A stretch of DNA of 63,980 bases, counting the filler. It is 7 parts of 7 records of this genome, joined end to end, with 100 filler letters (N's around TTAATTAATTAA, not from the genome) between each part and the next. Parts side by side here need not be neighbours in the genome. Positions count along the whole stretch, not along the records: positions 20,508 to 26,543 come from SRR31156797_18083; positions 26,644 to 51,387 come from SRR31156797_18086; 5 more parts are not named here. The stretch is one strand, 5' to 3'. Both the position numbers and the translations under genes were made by a program. Below, piece after piece: positions 20,639 through 30,281 of this stretch. Within the stretch, counting starts at the first letter, position 1, and each line of letters opens with the position of its first letter. The notes beneath the pieces are model-generated. The model was given only the letters and a program-made list of their open reading frames with translations, ran no database searches and was not told the origin of the DNA.

Positions 20639-21454
20639 TCAGGGAAGCTGAAAGCGATAATTGATTCCAAAGGAGAACGCATCAAAACCTTCCAGGCCGG
20701 CAAGAATGACGATGTGTTTTAGAATGGTTATCCGGGTACCGGCATTCCATTTATCGGCATCATATTCCACCATCAGTTCAGCAAATTCCAGGCCTTTGAA
20801 CGAAAAGTTTATACCCCCGAAGAGACCGATGAACTGGTACGTATTGGCAGCAATAAAATCACTTCCATATCCTAGTGAAAATCCAACCTTATTAAAAAAC
20901 TGCTTTGGTCGGATATTTTTGGTTAGTACGATGTATGAAGAATTAAAAAATGATGCTCCACTACCATCAGCATTGATTAACCCGTCACCAGTAGTTTTAT
21001 AAAATCCCTGCAAACCAACGACAATAGCCGGCATATACTTACCTTCTTTTATTGGCCTTAATCGCCCTGAAATCATCCGATCACCAATAATAATATCCTC
21101 ATGATCTGCATTATAACCATTTGGGTAGGTTATTCTTACGCTTACCTCTGCAAAAGGCACCATAGTTAGCGAAAAATAGCCAAGACTGTAAGAATAATCT
21201 TTCCCCTTTGAATAAAGGTCATAATATTTGCTATTCAGGTAAGTATAACCGAAAAAAATGGTTTTATCCTTTTGAAAATTTGCGGTTGGAATTGAATAGC
21301 CACCACTCAAACCGGTTAATGACTGTCCAATCAATTTTATAGAAGCGAATGATAAAAATATCAGAAACGAAAATAAAACAATTTTCAAAATCCTGGCATA
21401 TGAAACAGATAGAATCCTAGGCACTTTCAGCAATTTTTTTATCAAGTTTTTCAA
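20639..21454 (-). CDS. YjbH-domain (exopolysaccharide-associated outer-membrane) protein
   Basis: TG..G...IPTA, DR..S.RLR...E, P.IVVG and EYD motifs. Start position uncertain. Confidence 0.7.
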   Translation of the reverse strand: MKNLIKKLLKVPRILSVSYARILKIVLFSFLIFLSFASIKLIGQSLTGLSGGYSIPTANFQKDKTIFFGYTYLNSKYYDLYSKGKDYSYSLGYFSLTMVPFAEVSVRITYPNGYNADHEDIIIGDRMISGRLRPIKEGKYMPAIVVGLQGFYKTTGDGLINADGSGASFFNSSYIVLTKNIRPKQFFNKVGFSLGYGSDFIAANTYQFIGLFGGINFSFKGLEFAELMVEYDADKWNAGTRITILKHIVILAGLEGFDAFSFGINYRFQLP

Positions 21455-23351
21455 ACTTTGAGTTGTTGCTTCGATAATCCGGAATGCCTGATTTAAGAAG
21501 TTTCACCAAAGCGTACTGGTCGTTTTGCTGGAGGGCATTTTTCAGTTCATTAATAAGGTACGTAACACTACCATTGAGCATATGATCAACATTGGCAATC
21601 ATAATTTTTGGATGGTGTGTTTCAATGGTGTTTTCGCTTGAGCATAATAATTCCTCATAAAGTTTTTCTCCCGGCCGAAGCCCGGTGAAAGTGATTTCGA
21701 TATCTTCACCTATTTTTAACCCGGCAAGACTTATCATTTTTTTGGCGAGTTCAGCAACCTTCACAGGTTCACCCATGTCAAACACAAAAATATCACTACC
21801 GTGGCCCATAATACTCGCCTCAAGCACCAATTGGCAAGATTCAGGTATGGTCATAAAGTAACGGGTGATCTCTGGGTGGGTCACTGTAACCGGGCCACCG
21901 GACTCTATTTGCTTCCTGAATATTTTAACTACTGATCCATTGGAACCCAAAACATTCCCAAACCTGGTTGTCACAAATTTTGTATTAACCTTGCCTGACT
22001 GTCCCAATGACTGGCAATACATCTCAGCCAGTCTTTTACTTGCCCCCATAACATTTGTTGGCCTAACTGCCTTATCAGTGGATACCATTACAAACCTTTC
22101 AACATTAAATTCCACGGATAAGTCTGCCATGTTTCTGGTCCCAAAAACATTCACCCGGAGGGCTTCTTCAGGATGATCTTCCATTAAAGGTACGTGCTTG
22201 TATGCTGCGGCATGATAAACAAACGAAGGGTGATATTGATTAAATATCTGCGCCATCCTGGGTTTATCTGTCACATCTGCAATAATAAACCTCAAAACAG
22301 ACTCATTTTCAGGATTTTCCTTAAGCAAGGCATGTCTTAATTCAAAAACCGGTGTTTCGGCATTATCGACCACTACAATAAGTGCCGGTTTATAGGTAAT
22401 TAGTTGATGAACAAGTTCACTTCCAATACTTCCGGCACCACCGGAAACCATGACCACCTTATCTTCAATCGCCAATTTTACCTTAGGATTTTTCAAATTT
22501 ATCGGATCCCGTTGAAGCAAGTCTTCAATTTTTACTTTCTCGATTTGATTGATTTTTAACTGGCCTTGAATCCAGTGATCAACAGGAGGTACCGACCTGA
22601 TGGTAACACCAAGTTTAATCAAGCTATCAATTACTTCTTTCCTTTTTTCAGGTGAAATGTTTTGAATAGAAAAGATTATCTCTGAAATCTTTTTCTTTTC
22701 AACAAAGTCCTTTGTAATATCTTCTGGATTATAGACCCGAATACCATCAATGGTTTTACCTATTTTTCCTGGCTTTTTATCAATAAAACCTTCTATTTTG
22801 TATTTCATTGAGCCTTTCCCATCCAACGTATTCTTGGCAATTATCCCAAGTTCACCGGCTCCATAAATTAAAATGTTTGTTTTACTTGGCTTGTCCTTAT
22901 GAAATCCCACATGATAGATAAGCTTTACCAAAATACGAATGAAAATCAATGCAAACATACTGTTGGTAAAAAAGATGATGATAATCGAAAGTGGAATACT
23001 GAGTGTTTCATTTTTTAGCCAGTAAAACTCAATATTACTTAACACAAATAAAGTTAAAGAAGTGAATCCAATGGCCTTAAATACCCGAATAGCATCTGTT
23101 AAGCTGGTATGTCTGACAATACTGGCATACGACCTGAATAACAAATAAAATCCTGCACTGATCAGGAGTACGTATCCTGATTGGATAAAAACCGTTTGCC
23201 AGTCAAAAGTTGAGAATTCAAAATTAAACCTGATCAGGTTGGCAGCAATAAAACTCAGGAAAACAATAACCAGATCGATGAAAAAAATAAGCCAGCTGGA
23301 GGCAATTTTTCCATCCAGGGCATTTACGAAAATATGTAAAATTTTTTGCAT
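21417..23351 (-). CDS. Polysaccharide biosynthesis nucleotide-sugar dehydratase (CapD/PglF family)
   Basis: Four N-terminal TM helices; GGAGSIGSE, HAAAYKHVP, STDKAV and RFGNVLGSNGSV motifs. Confidence 0.92.
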   Translation of the reverse strand: MQKILHIFVNALDGKIASSWLIFFIDLVIVFLSFIAANLIRFNFEFSTFDWQTVFIQSGYVLLISAGFYLLFRSYASIVRHTSLTDAIRVFKAIGFTSLTLFVLSNIEFYWLKNETLSIPLSIIIIFFTNSMFALIFIRILVKLIYHVGFHKDKPSKTNILIYGAGELGIIAKNTLDGKGSMKYKIEGFIDKKPGKIGKTIDGIRVYNPEDITKDFVEKKKISEIIFSIQNISPEKRKEVIDSLIKLGVTIRSVPPVDHWIQGQLKINQIEKVKIEDLLQRDPINLKNPKVKLAIEDKVVMVSGGAGSIGSELVHQLITYKPALIVVVDNAETPVFELRHALLKENPENESVLRFIIADVTDKPRMAQIFNQYHPSFVYHAAAYKHVPLMEDHPEEALRVNVFGTRNMADLSVEFNVERFVMVSTDKAVRPTNVMGASKRLAEMYCQSLGQSGKVNTKFVTTRFGNVLGSNGSVVKIFRKQIESGGPVTVTHPEITRYFMTIPESCQLVLEASIMGHGSDIFVFDMGEPVKVAELAKKMISLAGLKIGEDIEITFTGLRPGEKLYEELLCSSENTIETHHPKIMIANVDHMLNGSVTYLINELKNALQQNDQYALVKLLKSGIPDYRSNNSKFEKLDKKIAESA

Positions 23352-23515
23352 TTGGTGAGGGGTAAAAGTTCAAATTTCACATAAACTGCTTTATTTACAC
23401 GACAAATATATTAATTCTTCTATTAACATTTCAAGCGTTAATGCTTTAAGGCCGTATATTAAAATTAATTAACATCAAATTAACTTTAAATATGATTAGC
23501 GGATCAAAACCATAA

Positions 23516-24121
23516 TCATGATGGCTTCCTTTCATGTCGCAAAATGAGCGAACTGAAACCGCCAAATTTTTCAACCCAAATAACCCACAAAAAGAAAATG
23601 ACTACATAAAAAAACGGGCGAAGAATCCAATCATGTGTGAAAGCCCAGTAATCTGGCAACCAGAGTGTAACCATGCCCAGAAGTATGATTCTCAGTATGT
23701 TTGTAAGGTGCATAACAACAATACTCATCGGGATAAACCAAAGTTTATGTCTGGCTGCTCCGGGGAAAAGTATAAATAAAACTACGATCTGATAAAATTG
23801 CTTCAGACCAGAACAGCTTTCATTAACTTCGATATAGCCACCATTACTGAAACGGATTGTATTCACAGCTTCTTGTATTGCATGACTGTCGTAGGTCCAG
23901 GTAATGACAGCGTAAGATGCAACAAAAACCTGATGCGCCAACCAGTTAGCTGCATTGATGATCAGGCCAACAGTTTTGATTTCTGCAGCAAACTGCCACC
24001 AAAGATTATGAAACACCCAGGTAATGAGCATAAATAATGCCACATCAAGTATGAAAGCATACCTGGAAAGAAGATTTCGAAAACTACGGGTATGCGTTGA
24101 TTTATTATTTGAATCACTCAT
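23516..24121 (-). CDS. Exosortase/archaeosortase family transpeptidase
   Basis: Multi-TM protein with candidate triad Cys (ESCSG), Arg (NILRI) and His (THDW). Confidence 0.8.
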   Translation of the reverse strand: MSDSNNKSTHTRSFRNLLSRYAFILDVALFMLITWVFHNLWWQFAAEIKTVGLIINAANWLAHQVFVASYAVITWTYDSHAIQEAVNTIRFSNGGYIEVNESCSGLKQFYQIVVLFILFPGAARHKLWFIPMSIVVMHLTNILRIILLGMVTLWLPDYWAFTHDWILRPFFYVVIFFLWVIWVEKFGGFSSLILRHERKPS

Positions 24122-24315
24122 TTTTGCAGGATTTTAAAGTTCCAAAGAAAATCCGTTACTTGCCCCAGCAAAAGTATTGAACATTGAGGATATTCTATCA
24201 TATTTATTTGAACAGAAATCTTGGAATAGCGAATGACACGGATTAAATGGAAGATTGTAAGGTTGGAAGATTGGAATGATGGAGTTTTGCAATGTATCAC
24301 TCGTTTCAGGAAGTC

Positions 24316-24380
24316 CAGATGATTAGGATCAAACAGATTGACCAGAATTATGAATTATCTGTGGAGATCAGTATCGTCTG
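24316..24380. repeat. Imperfect periodic palindrome (CAGAT family) overlapping the deacetylase stop
   Basis: CAGATGATTAGGATCAAACAGAT ... ATCTGTGGAGATCAGTATCGTCTG; encodes the unusual tail TDDTDLHR. Confidence 0.5.
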
Positions 24381-25227
24381 TGTTTTGGATTTCTAAGTCA
24401 ACTGCTTCAATATTATTTGATAAAACTTCTTCGCGTGCCTTTCCGATGGTTTTAAAATTATAATGCTCAAGCAACCACTCGAATTTTATTATTCCGGATT
24501 TGGCTCCTGCCAGATTCCTGAAATTTCTCATCAATGATAAGTCCTTTGAATATTTCAAATCAAAATCAAAATCCCGGGGGTGAAAGTAGGTCATGATGTA
24601 GTTTTCCCTTTCAAATAACTTTTTTAGCATCCAAAGAGGAATGAGCCTAAAATACCCGCCACCTGAAAACACAGCCCGATGAAAAGGAAAGTACAAGTTA
24701 TTCAAGGGAAATTCCATAAAATCTTCATCAACATGACTGATGACTATTGGCTCATTTCCACATACCCTTCCGCCAAGCCTGCTTCCCGCTTTAATGGAAC
24801 TGCTGGTTTTTATACCCAAACTTAATAACTGATCATAAACCCATTTGGTCTGTTCAGTCATAGCAAAAAATGGTGCCCTGAATAAAATTACCTTTTTGCC
24901 AGTTAAAGCTTCAAGCAACCCCACTCCCTTTTTTAAATCCTCCCTAAAAGATTTTGCTGTGAATTCCGACAGATGTTGATGGTAATAAGTGTGATATCCA
25001 ATTTCATGTCCGGCTTTAGCAATCTGCTTAACCAATCCAGGATATTGTTCCGCAATCCAACCTAAAATAAAGAAGGTTGCCCGGGTATTTTTTGAGGCCA
25101 GCATTTCCAGAATGGTTTTAGTATTCCTTTCAGCCCTGTTTTCAAAATCGCCCCATGTGGATGGTGGATTCCGTTTATTGCTGGTTGATAAAAACCATTC
25201 TTCAATATCAATGGTGAGTATCTTCAT
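24355..25227 (-). CDS. Polysaccharide deacetylase (CE4 + DUF3473; XrtA-system-like)
   Basis: LTIDIEEWF, ATFFILGW.A, HEIGYH, FRAP, SGGGYFR and YFHP motifs. Confidence 0.88.
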   Translation of the reverse strand: MKILTIDIEEWFLSTSNKRNPPSTWGDFENRAERNTKTILEMLASKNTRATFFILGWIAEQYPGLVKQIAKAGHEIGYHTYYHQHLSEFTAKSFREDLKKGVGLLEALTGKKVILFRAPFFAMTEQTKWVYDQLLSLGIKTSSSIKAGSRLGGRVCGNEPIVISHVDEDFMEFPLNNLYFPFHRAVFSGGGYFRLIPLWMLKKLFERENYIMTYFHPRDFDFDLKYSKDLSLMRNFRNLAGAKSGIIKFEWLLEHYNFKTIGKAREEVLSNNIEAVDLEIQNTDDTDLHR

Positions 25228-25230
25228 CTG

Positions 25231-26418
25231 TTAATAAATGATTTTTGAAATCAACGCATCCAAAGGATTCAATAATTTATCAGGTAAATTTTTTAAAATT
25301 CCTGAAACAAATTTATATTTTTCAGTTCTTATTGTCAGTTTCTGATTACTGCTTAGCACCAACGGAATATCTGAAGTTCCCCACTGTTTCTTATAATGAT
25401 GTCCTGAGCTTTGATCTGTGCTTCTTCCAAAGGAATAAATTCTACAATTCTTTTCGATTGCATACCTGATCATGGCCTCATGCAAGGCATAGGTTACATA
25501 ATGTTTGTTGTAGTCCTGCAAAGATGCAAACCAGCCATTCTCGGCATGTGAACCAAAGTTCAGCAGGATTGCAGCGCCAGCAGGCTTTTGATCCAATTCT
25601 GCTATGAGTACCTTAGCAAACCCAAATTGATATCCACCAATTAGATTTTGAAAGAATGATTTCGGTAGCCCAAATGACCCCAGCTGGCGTATGTTTTTTC
25701 GATAAACTCCGTAAAATATATCTATAAATTCTACTCCACCGGATTTAACCGTTATACCATTACTACCTGCCTTTCTGATTTTCCTCCTTACTCTGGCATT
25801 GAATTTTGCAAATTGAATATCATAATCCTCCTTAAGGAGCATAGTAGGAATTACTTTTGAGAAATCCTTATGCTTTAGCACCGGATATTGATTCCGGCTA
25901 ATCAATTTAACTTTCTGGTTTGCTAAATCGAATTGATTGATTTGGTTAAGATCATTCGCTTCAGTCCGAACATGTATGACCATTCCATGACCAAAGGAAT
26001 TCTTATCCCCATATGCAACTAGTACCTTTGAAGACAGACCATAAAACAGCCTGTATGCAATTTCCTCCTGGTACTGGCCAAAACTTTGGTTAAAAGAAGG
26101 TAAACCAACTAAAAAGCTGTGATTTATCCACATGCTGTCATGATCGAAATGGGGCAGGGAAACCCAGGTATTCCGAACTTTCACGAAAGATACCAGGGCA
26201 ATCAAATGTTGGTCAAGATAGAACTCTATAAAAACAGAGGGCCATCCCCAGGTTTGGCGGATGATAGAAGGAAGGATCGGGTTATTGCCAATTGTAATGG
26301 TCTGATCAGACTTACCCATTGCAGATACCCACGAGGTAAATTTGTCGTTCATGCTATAATCTGCAATTTGATGGTGCATCGTGCAAATGTAATAAAGCGT
26401 GGTTGAAGTTTTTGACAA
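25231..26418 (-). CDS. FemAB-like GNAT protein
   Basis: VSLPHF, RRKIRKA, FY.VY...R.LG and FGRS....GHHYKKQWG motifs. Start position uncertain. Confidence 0.8.
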   Translation of the reverse strand: MSKTSTTLYYICTMHHQIADYSMNDKFTSWVSAMGKSDQTITIGNNPILPSIIRQTWGWPSVFIEFYLDQHLIALVSFVKVRNTWVSLPHFDHDSMWINHSFLVGLPSFNQSFGQYQEEIAYRLFYGLSSKVLVAYGDKNSFGHGMVIHVRTEANDLNQINQFDLANQKVKLISRNQYPVLKHKDFSKVIPTMLLKEDYDIQFAKFNARVRRKIRKAGSNGITVKSGGVEFIDIFYGVYRKNIRQLGSFGLPKSFFQNLIGGYQFGFAKVLIAELDQKPAGAAILLNFGSHAENGWFASLQDYNKHYVTYALHEAMIRYAIEKNCRIYSFGRSTDQSSGHHYKKQWGTSDIPLVLSSNQKLTIRTEKYKFVSGILKNLPDKLLNPLDALISKIIY

Positions 26419-26465
26419 ATAGCTGAAATTTTGAGGGAGAGAAGGGGGGGGGACTTAGAGATGGG

Positions 26466-26510
26466 GAGACAGAGGGACCGAGAGACAGAGGGACGGAGAG
26501 ACAGAGGGGA
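26466..26510. repeat. 16-bp tandem repeat GAGACAGAGGGAC(C/G)GA, about 2.8 copies
   Basis: Read directly from the sequence. Confidence 0.85.
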
Positions 26511-26514
26511 ACCT

Positions 26515-26543
26515 TGTCTTGTCCTGAAATAGGTTTACATAAA
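26515..26543. mobile_element. Probable IS3-family terminal inverted repeat at the contig end
   Basis: TGTCTTGTCCTGAAATAGGTTTACA has the TG-initiated form of IS3 ends, and the contig breaks right after it. No transposase is visible. Confidence 0.35.
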
Positions 26544-26783
26544 NNNNNNNNNNNNNNNNNNNNNNNNNNNNNNNNNNNNNNNNNNNNTTAATTAATTAAN
26601 NNNNNNNNNNNNNNNNNNNNNNNNNNNNNNNNNNNNNNNNNNNGGTAAATGTTAAGGATGAGGGAAGTATTTGCCTGTTTTTCAGCGGTAACGTTTGCAG
26701 CGTTTCACGCAAGCCTGATAGTTATCTGGCTGCAGAGAAATCGTAAAGCGCTATGCAAAAATCATCAGATGTGTACAATAATA

Positions 26784-26876
26784 TTTAACCACAAGGAACA
26801 CAAAGTAGTCACAATGCGCACAAAGAAGGAGCGAATACTTTGTGAACTCCGTGCATTTCTGGTGTGCTTTGTGGTT
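26784..26876. repeat. Periodic palindromic repeat, CACAAAG family, copy 1
   Basis: TTTAACCACAAGGAACACAAAG...CTTTGTG...GGTGTGCTTTGTGGTT; closely similar to the reverse complement of 40651-40746. Confidence 0.85.
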
Positions 26877-26932
26877 TTTAAAACTATTTTTTGATAATGC
26901 GTTTCACCTGTTTTGTGAACCATAACGATGCT

Positions 26933-27508
26933 CTAAAACCCCATCAGTTTCCTTACATTTTCTGTGTTTTCTTTGGATGTGAGTTTTTCAAGTAAATGTG
27001 AGGCAACATCTATGGCTGTTGAAGGATTCCAGGATGTAATGATATTGTCTTCGAAAACAATGGGTTGATGCAATACATTGGCGCCAAAATCTTTCAATGC
27101 CTGTCTTCGTTTGGGTGAGTTGTAAGTAGTGGCGTTTTTGCCTTTTAATACGCCTGTTTTTGCTACGGGTAGCGCACCAACGCATATAGAGGCAACCATT
27201 TTACCATTATTCGTAAAGTGATTTATAACATTTGAAAACTTTTCGCTGTATGCATCTTCATAAAACCCATACTCTTCAAATCCGCCGGGAATCGCCAATG
27301 CGTCGAAAGTATCCAGGTCGATCTCGTCAATGGTGTGATCTGCAATAAATTTCTGGCCAAATGAACTGTTGAGCTCTTTTCTCAATCCGCATGAGAATAG
27401 TTCTGTGGTATGATCGCCTTCCAAATGGTTCCAACCCAATACATCAATAAAAACACTGGCTTCATATATTTCAAATCCTTCGGCGAGTAACAAAAGTACT
27501 TTTTTCAT
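26933..27508 (-). CDS. DJ-1/PfpI family protein
   Basis: GFEIYE, IPGG and SICVG nucleophile-elbow motifs. Confidence 0.9.
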   Translation of the reverse strand: MKKVLLLLAEGFEIYEASVFIDVLGWNHLEGDHTTELFSCGLRKELNSSFGQKFIADHTIDEIDLDTFDALAIPGGFEEYGFYEDAYSEKFSNVINHFTNNGKMVASICVGALPVAKTGVLKGKNATTYNSPKRRQALKDFGANVLHQPIVFEDNIITSWNPSTAIDVASHLLEKLTSKENTENVRKLMGF

Positions 27509-27571
27509 AATCGTCGATTAGTTTTCGATTAGCTTCCAAATGTATCGTTTTTTTGGGAAAATAGATACTTA

Positions 27572-27844
27572 GGGTTTGCTGAAAAAGTCAGAAAGTAGTA
27601 AGATGCAACTTGACAAAATGAAGATGTATTAATATACCTCGAAATTGCAGGCAAGGAAGCAGATTACCTCCGGTGAGCTCCACTTTGTTCCGGTTGCTAC
27701 TTTCGGGCTAGCACTTTTTTATTCTTGGTGTGTTTGAGGTGCAAGGTATTTTAATGTATATCTCCAAAAATTATGCACTTGAAATGTAAAAAAATTAAAG
27801 TAATGCATTGATAATGAATTATAAGTGTGTTTTTCAGCAAGCCC
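27572..27844. mobile_element. Non-autonomous MITE (IS5/IS1182-like ends), 273 bp
   Basis: TIRs GGGTTTGCTGAAAAA / TTTTTCAGCAAGCCC (1 mismatch). Direct repeat TACTTA at 27566-27571 and 27845-27850. No transposase. Confidence 0.8.
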
Positions 27845-27847
27845 TAC

Positions 27848-29128
27848 TTAGCCAACCAATGGGAAATGAACAATAATTTCTGTACCAATCCCTTCTTCAC
27901 TTTTGATTGATATTTTGCCATTATTCTGTTTTACAAATTCTTTACACAGCTTCAAACCAAATCCTGTACCTTTCTCTTTATTTGTACCTCTTCTGCTAAC
28001 GGGTTTTTCATTGTTGAAAACTTTTGTTTGCAAACTGTTGCTCATGCCAACCCCAAAGTCTTTTACAGAGATTTGAATTTCATCATCAGATTGAGTTGCA
28101 GAAACAATTATTTCGTTGTCTTTTTCTGAAAATTTAATAGCATTCGATATTAAATTTCTAATTATTGTATCAATCATATTATGGTCTGCAAATAGCGATA
28201 AATTCTCTTCAATATTTACCCGTATTTTTAAGTTTTTTTGATTGGCACTTTCTTGTAATAAATCAACTGAATTATTGACAACATTCAGAACTACGATTTT
28301 TTCGGGGTTTAGCTCAATATTTCCTGACTCTGATCGCGCCCACATTAGCAAGTTTTCAAGCAAATTGTATGTTCCTTCTGTGGATTCAATCATTGTTTTT
28401 ATATAGGCAGCTCTTCGTTCACTGCCCATTTCATTGTGTGTTTCTAGAAGCAGATTGTTTAGGTTATTCAGGGTTCCGATTGGGTTTTTTAAATCATGGG
28501 CTATAATTGATAGCAGCTTGTTTTTGGAATTATTCAATTCTACCACCTTCTGATGCTCTTTATTGTAACCGTGCAGAATCAGAAAGACCACACCTAAAAC
28601 TGAAATTGAGATTAAAAATGCAGTAATAAATTTATCGATGAGTCTTGTTTGCTTATCTTCAATTATGTGGACAAAATCAGGATTATTTATTTCAAACCAT
28701 AAAAGCGCTAAACCAATTGAAGTAAGAAATATAATACCTATTAACCTGTGAAAACCACTAACAAACAATGGAATAACGCCAATCATTGGTATCATAATTA
28801 TCAACGCAACTCCTTCCAATCCCCCATTATAATACCAGAGATAAACAAATGCCGTAACCAATATCAGATTAAAAACGTGGATTAGCAACTTTTGGATTCT
28901 ATACCTTCTGGCCAGAATATACATTGCTATAAAGAAAACAGAGGTAAGAAAAGAAGCTATATAAATATTAAAATCTAGTCCCTCAATAATGTCTCCAATA
29001 AACAGCAAGACTAAAACTACTGCTGAAATAAAAAATAAGGAATTATAAACCCGCTCTTTCAAAGAGAATTCATTCTCTTCTCCAAGAATTATATCAATTA
29101 GTTTCTTCTTTCTAAAATGCTTTTCCAT
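27848..29128 (-). CDS. Membrane sensor histidine kinase
   Basis: About 6 TM helices; AHDLKNP H-box, NLISNAIKF, DFGVGM and GTGFGL motifs. Confidence 0.92.
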   Translation of the reverse strand: MEKHFRKKKLIDIILGEENEFSLKERVYNSLFFISAVVLVLLFIGDIIEGLDFNIYIASFLTSVFFIAMYILARRYRIQKLLIHVFNLILVTAFVYLWYYNGGLEGVALIIMIPMIGVIPLFVSGFHRLIGIIFLTSIGLALLWFEINNPDFVHIIEDKQTRLIDKFITAFLISISVLGVVFLILHGYNKEHQKVVELNNSKNKLLSIIAHDLKNPIGTLNNLNNLLLETHNEMGSERRAAYIKTMIESTEGTYNLLENLLMWARSESGNIELNPEKIVVLNVVNNSVDLLQESANQKNLKIRVNIEENLSLFADHNMIDTIIRNLISNAIKFSEKDNEIIVSATQSDDEIQISVKDFGVGMSNSLQTKVFNNEKPVSRRGTNKEKGTGFGLKLCKEFVKQNNGKISIKSEEGIGTEIIVHFPLVG

Positions 29129-29305
29129 TATAAAACGCCCCCTCTTTCTCCATTAAAAATGATTTGCTTTGTTCTCAAACGCAGACTTTACATTTTGGTT
29201 ACAAAAAAGTGATGAATGTCAAAAAAAAGAAAAACAACCAAAGCGACATGGCGAATAAACAACTATAAAACAGCAAATTATACAACATAAATATTTGTCT
29301 CGTTA

Positions 29306-29348
29306 TGTTTCACGCAGCGACCGCAAAGAAAACGCAAAGAGCGCAACG
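29306..29348 (+). repeat. CGCAAAG-family periodic repeat arm, copy 1
   Basis: TGTTTCACGCAGCGACCGCAAAGAAAACGCAAAGAGCGCAACG; direct repeat of 30168-30210. Confidence 0.85.
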
Positions 29349-29413
29349 GGAAAAACTGCAGCGTAAATGGCGGTTAAGTCTAAACCAGATACTTTCAGCA
29401 CATATAGAAAATT

Positions 29414-30046
29414 TTATTCACGAACAATCCTCTTTACTAATCTTCCCATGTTGGTGTCAATCTGTAAGATATAAACTCCTGATTTAATTTGATTTAATTC
29501 AATTTTACTTTCTGAATTTTGGATCTCCGAAATCTTTTTTCCTAACATATCAAACAATGTCATTGACTTGATTTGAATACAGTTTGCTGATTCTATTGAA
29601 ATAAAATCATTGGCAGGATTTGGAAATACAGAAATCATAGAAGCTAAGTCCTTCTCAGAGCTGGGAGGTGAAACACCTAATGTAGAAATTGGAATAGTTG
29701 TTGAATCTGTCATTTCATAATAGGAACAAGTATCTATCGATAAAGACGAATGGATCATAATATTCAAATTATACTCTTCAGGTGGAGCTGTAATATGTAT
29801 GGAAAGCGTATCCCAATCTACAACTGGGGCCTCCCCCCGATAATAACAAATTGACAAGTCTATTTCATTATCATTTATTGAAAACACATGGTTAATATGT
29901 TCAAGATTATAAACATGATAAATCACCATATCCACGTTAATTCCTTCAGCAGTATCGCATGGCGAAACGGTTAAACTATCGATTACTTGTGCCTGAGATG
30001 ACAAAGCAAAGGCGAAAAACACACAAAATAGGATTAGATTTTTCAT
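29414..30046 (-). CDS. T9SS type A sorting-domain protein
   Basis: Signal peptide; C-terminal domain FPNPA...DMLGK...SGVYIL...KRIV. Confidence 0.88.
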   Translation of the reverse strand: MKNLILFCVFFAFALSSQAQVIDSLTVSPCDTAEGINVDMVIYHVYNLEHINHVFSINDNEIDLSICYYRGEAPVVDWDTLSIHITAPPEEYNLNIMIHSSLSIDTCSYYEMTDSTTIPISTLGVSPPSSEKDLASMISVFPNPANDFISIESANCIQIKSMTLFDMLGKKISEIQNSESKIELNQIKSGVYILQIDTNMGRLVKRIVRE

Positions 30047-30167
30047 AGCTACATTTATTATTTAGTCTACCAAAGTTATTCACTTTTTAGCGAAAAAACA
30101 ACAGTCAACATACTGCCTAATCAAAGAAAATACCTGAATGGCTATCCTTAAAATCTTTACTTCGTAT

Positions 30168-30210
30168 TGTTTCACGCAACGGACGCAAAGGAAACGCAAA
30201 GAGCGCAACG
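30168..30210 (+). repeat. CGCAAAG-family periodic repeat arm, copy 2
   Basis: TGTTTCACGCAACGGACGCAAAGGAAACGCAAAGAGCGCAACG. Confidence 0.85.
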
Positions 30211-30281
30211 AGAATGGCCGCTACGGTCATGGCTTGCAAAATATATGCTTGGTTGTTTATTTCTTCAAATAACAGCCTTGT

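Noticed and set aside
26644-26780. attC-like integron cassette site
   Set aside because: Only a loose hairpin after GGTAACGTT; no second matching copy between the accessory genes and no integrase in the window.
30168-30240. c-di-GMP-I riboswitch (GGACGCAAAG)
   Set aside because: Lacks the upstream GGCAAAC/GAAA elements; explained by the CGCAAAG repeat also present at 29306.
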